A stretch of 64,000 bases of DNA, taken from Diplonema japonicum (taxonomy: Eukaryota > Protista > Euglenozoa: Diplonemea). The DNA lies in contig OZ025715.1 of assembly GCA_964019335.1 (NCBI GenBank), positions 431,621 to 495,620 of the forward strand. Reading direction: 5' to 3'. This document shows positions 61,952 through 64,000 of the stretch, piece after piece. Position 1 is the stretch's first letter. Each line of letters begins with the position of its first letter. The notes below the pieces were generated by a model that had not been told where the DNA came from, made no database searches, and saw nothing but the letters and a program-made list of their open reading frames with translations. The position numbers and the translations under genes are program-made.

Positions 61952-63534
61952 GGGTGGAAGGGAAAGAAAAAAAAAAAACAAACAAGGAGGAACCTTTTTT
62001 CTTTTCAAACAACCAGGGGGACCCAGCACCCACCCCCACTGCCCGCCAAGGTGTGGTTGGGGCGGAGGCTGCGGGCGACGTGAGAGCACCACTGCACACC
62101 CTTGTGAGAAGACAGAAAAGAGCCCCCTGGATTGCCATGGGTGGCAGGGAACCTAAGCCAGCGCCCAAGCGGAAGAAGAACAGGAGGAGGCACAGGAGCG
62201 AAACGGCCCTTCAGAGGCGTCGGGAGAAGAGGACCAAGGCGAGGGAGGGGGCGAGGGAGGCTGCCAGACAGGAGAAGAAAAGGCACCGTCGTGCGAGGAA
62301 AGAAGGGAGGAGGAGGGCCCGCAGAGAGGAACACGAGGCCGCCCTGGAACAGAAGCCAGATGACCCTGCAATGGGGCTGAAGCGGACCGAGGTGGGAACG
62401 CCTGGAGCCCAACCCCTGGCACCCAGAATCCCGGCACCTGGGGCTGCAACCGGCACAAGGAGGCACCGCAGACGGACGGGACACAGCAAGGAAGGGGTGA
62501 GATGGGAGCACCTGGGGGCGTGGGCCTGGGTCGCCCTGGTCTCCCTCTTGCTGATCCCAGGGGTGAGGCAGGTGCTGGGGGCGGGCATCGGGATGGCCCC
62601 CTCCTTCCTGCATGCGGCAGTGTTGTGGAAGAGGCCGGGGAGCGACAGGAGGACCACCCGCAGGTCAAGGGTACAGGTGGGGCCCCGAGGGGATGAATGG
62701 TCCGCCGGGGAGCTCGCTTGGCTAGCAGTAGGGGGCACTCTGGTGGGAAGCACTTCAGTTTGGATAGGGGGGCTGATGTCGCTCTGGGCCATGTCGGAAG
62801 TGATGGTGGGGAAAGCTGGTGCTGACCCGACCCAGAGATTCGGACCGGTAAAGCTGAGGAAGACAAGACGCGGATCGAGAGGTCACTACCTGCCGGTGTA
62901 CTTGGGCCCGCCTAGAAGCTCAAGACGCAGAAAAAAGAAGGAGGACGCCAAGCAAGCGGCGAAGGAACGAGCCGAGACGGAGGATAAGCTCTTTCAGGCC
63001 GAACACCTGGACCCCTTTGCGGACTTGACGCTGGCAGGGGACGCGTTGCAAGGAGGTGGTGACCCTCCCCCCATGGATTTGGATGATGAGCACACGGAGG
63101 CGCAGAAGGAGGGGGAAAAAGAAGGAACAGACAAACATCAATGCCGGATGGAAGGCTGCTCTTTCCGCACCAGTGTGGCAAGCTGTCTAGTTAAACACCT
63201 CAATGCGGTCCACCATCATTTTGTGAAACAAGAGCAGGCGAGGAACATGAAGGTGAACCTCTGTGGAACGTGTGCTGCGGCGTGCTCGTCGAACCAGACG
63301 CACTGTGCACTACACAGGCAGCGGAATCTGTGGAACCCCGACAAACAACCCAGGGCCGGCAAGTCAGTGGACGAGATCATGAAGAGCTTCAAGCTGACGA
63401 GGAGATCGACGAGATCCCGGAGAGCGTTCTGAGGAGACTGGACCTCGAGAGGTGCCTGGTGTGCAGGGGCTGTGTGTGGAAGGGTCAGGGGTGCCACGAC
63501 GAGTGCAAAAAGGCGGTGCGAAGGGAAGGGGAAT
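61912..63534 (+). pseudogene. Element ORF2 N-terminus: Arg-rich region, two hydrophobic segments, zinc fingers; apparent frameshift near 63390
   Basis: ORF 61912-63432. The -1 frame continues EIDEIPESVLRRLDLERCLVCRGCVWKGQGCHDECKK up to the 8-mer array. Confidence 0.55.
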
Positions 63535-64000
63535 CCGCAAACCCGCAAACCCGCAAACCCGCAAACCCGCAAACCCGCAAACCCGCAAACCCGCAAACCC
63601 GCAAACCCGCAAACCCGCAAACCCGCAAACCCGCAAACCCGCAAACCCGCAAACCCGCAAACCCGCAAACCCGCAAACCCGCAAACCCGCAAACCCGCAA
63701 ACCCGCAAACCCGCAAACCCGCAAACCCGCAAACCCGCAAACCCGCAAACCCGCAAACCCGCAAACCCGCAAACCCGCAAACCCGCAAACCCGCAAACCC
63801 GCAAACCCGCAAACCCGCAAACCCGCAAACCCGCAAACCCGCAAACCCGCAAACCCGCAAACCCGCAAACCCGCAAACCCGCAAACCCGCAAACCCGCAA
63901 ACCCGCAAACCCGCAAACCCGCAAACCCGCAAACCCGCAAACCCGCAAACCCGCAAACCCGCAAACCCGCAAACCCGCAAACCCGCAAACCCGCAAACCC
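63535..64000. repeat. Perfect 8-bp tandem repeat (CCCGCAAA)n / (TTTGCGGG)n, about 58 copies, runs off the window
   Basis: Read directly; no variant units seen. Confidence 0.98.

Larger units (their letters stand above)
60245..63534 (+). mobile_element. SL-associated, probably CRE/SLACS/CZAR-like retroelement 5' portion carrying an AlkB domain; frameshifted, RT not in window
   Basis: SL exon at the 5' junction, GC-rich, internal tandem repeats, and zinc-finger motifs CRMEGC...LVKHLNAVH + CGTC...HC. Confidence 0.6.

Noticed and set aside
62790-62850. 2A-like ribosome-skipping peptide (KAGADPTQRFGP)
   Set aside because: Does not match D(V/I)ExNPGP.
63216-63996. RVCGFAGL-repeat ORFs
   Set aside because: Translations of the stop-free 8-mer array.
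63535-64000. Simple right-end telomere or CRISPR array
   Set aside because: The C-rich strand points outward, and there are no spacers or cas genes.

Overview
Eukaryotic nuclear DNA, very probably from a diplonemid (Euglenozoa). Evidence: a near-complete diplonemid-type spliced-leader (SL) exon at 60245-60282, about 24 host genes all on the + strand with short spacers (polycistronic cluster), and many tiny (mostly about 29-50 nt) GT(ATG)...AG introns that fragment the ORF track. Host genes, in order: CYFIP/Sra1-like (5' partial), mitochondrial IF2-like, unknown Mib-SH3-like protein, two truncated copies plus one full AP-4 epsilon adaptin, Q/P-rich protein, MSH2, Tim17/22/23, TM9SF, MAPK-like kinase, giant coiled-coil protein with bacterial-adhesin-like repeats, TOM1/THH1-like 7TM, GC-rich purple acid phosphatase, PAM2-CCCH-RRM, small single-TM protein, CLU-TPR-IQ, GNAT-like, PA28/PA26-like, ALG2, CCCH-MYND, signal-peptide VHL-beta-domain protein, RAD51 paralog and a Pro-rich protein. 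The last 4.3 kb is the most unusual part. A minus-strand LINE RNase H remnant is cut by an SL exon. The exon is fused directly to a GC-rich element encoding an AlkB-family 2OG-Fe(II) dioxygenase domain, a hairpin-rich 110-140 bp repeat array and a CRE/SLACS-like zinc-finger ORF, which runs into a perfect (CCCGCAAA)n array at the window end. No reverse transcriptase is visible, so the element class is inferred. All family calls come from motif recognition by eye, and the exon boundaries are hand-derived predictions.
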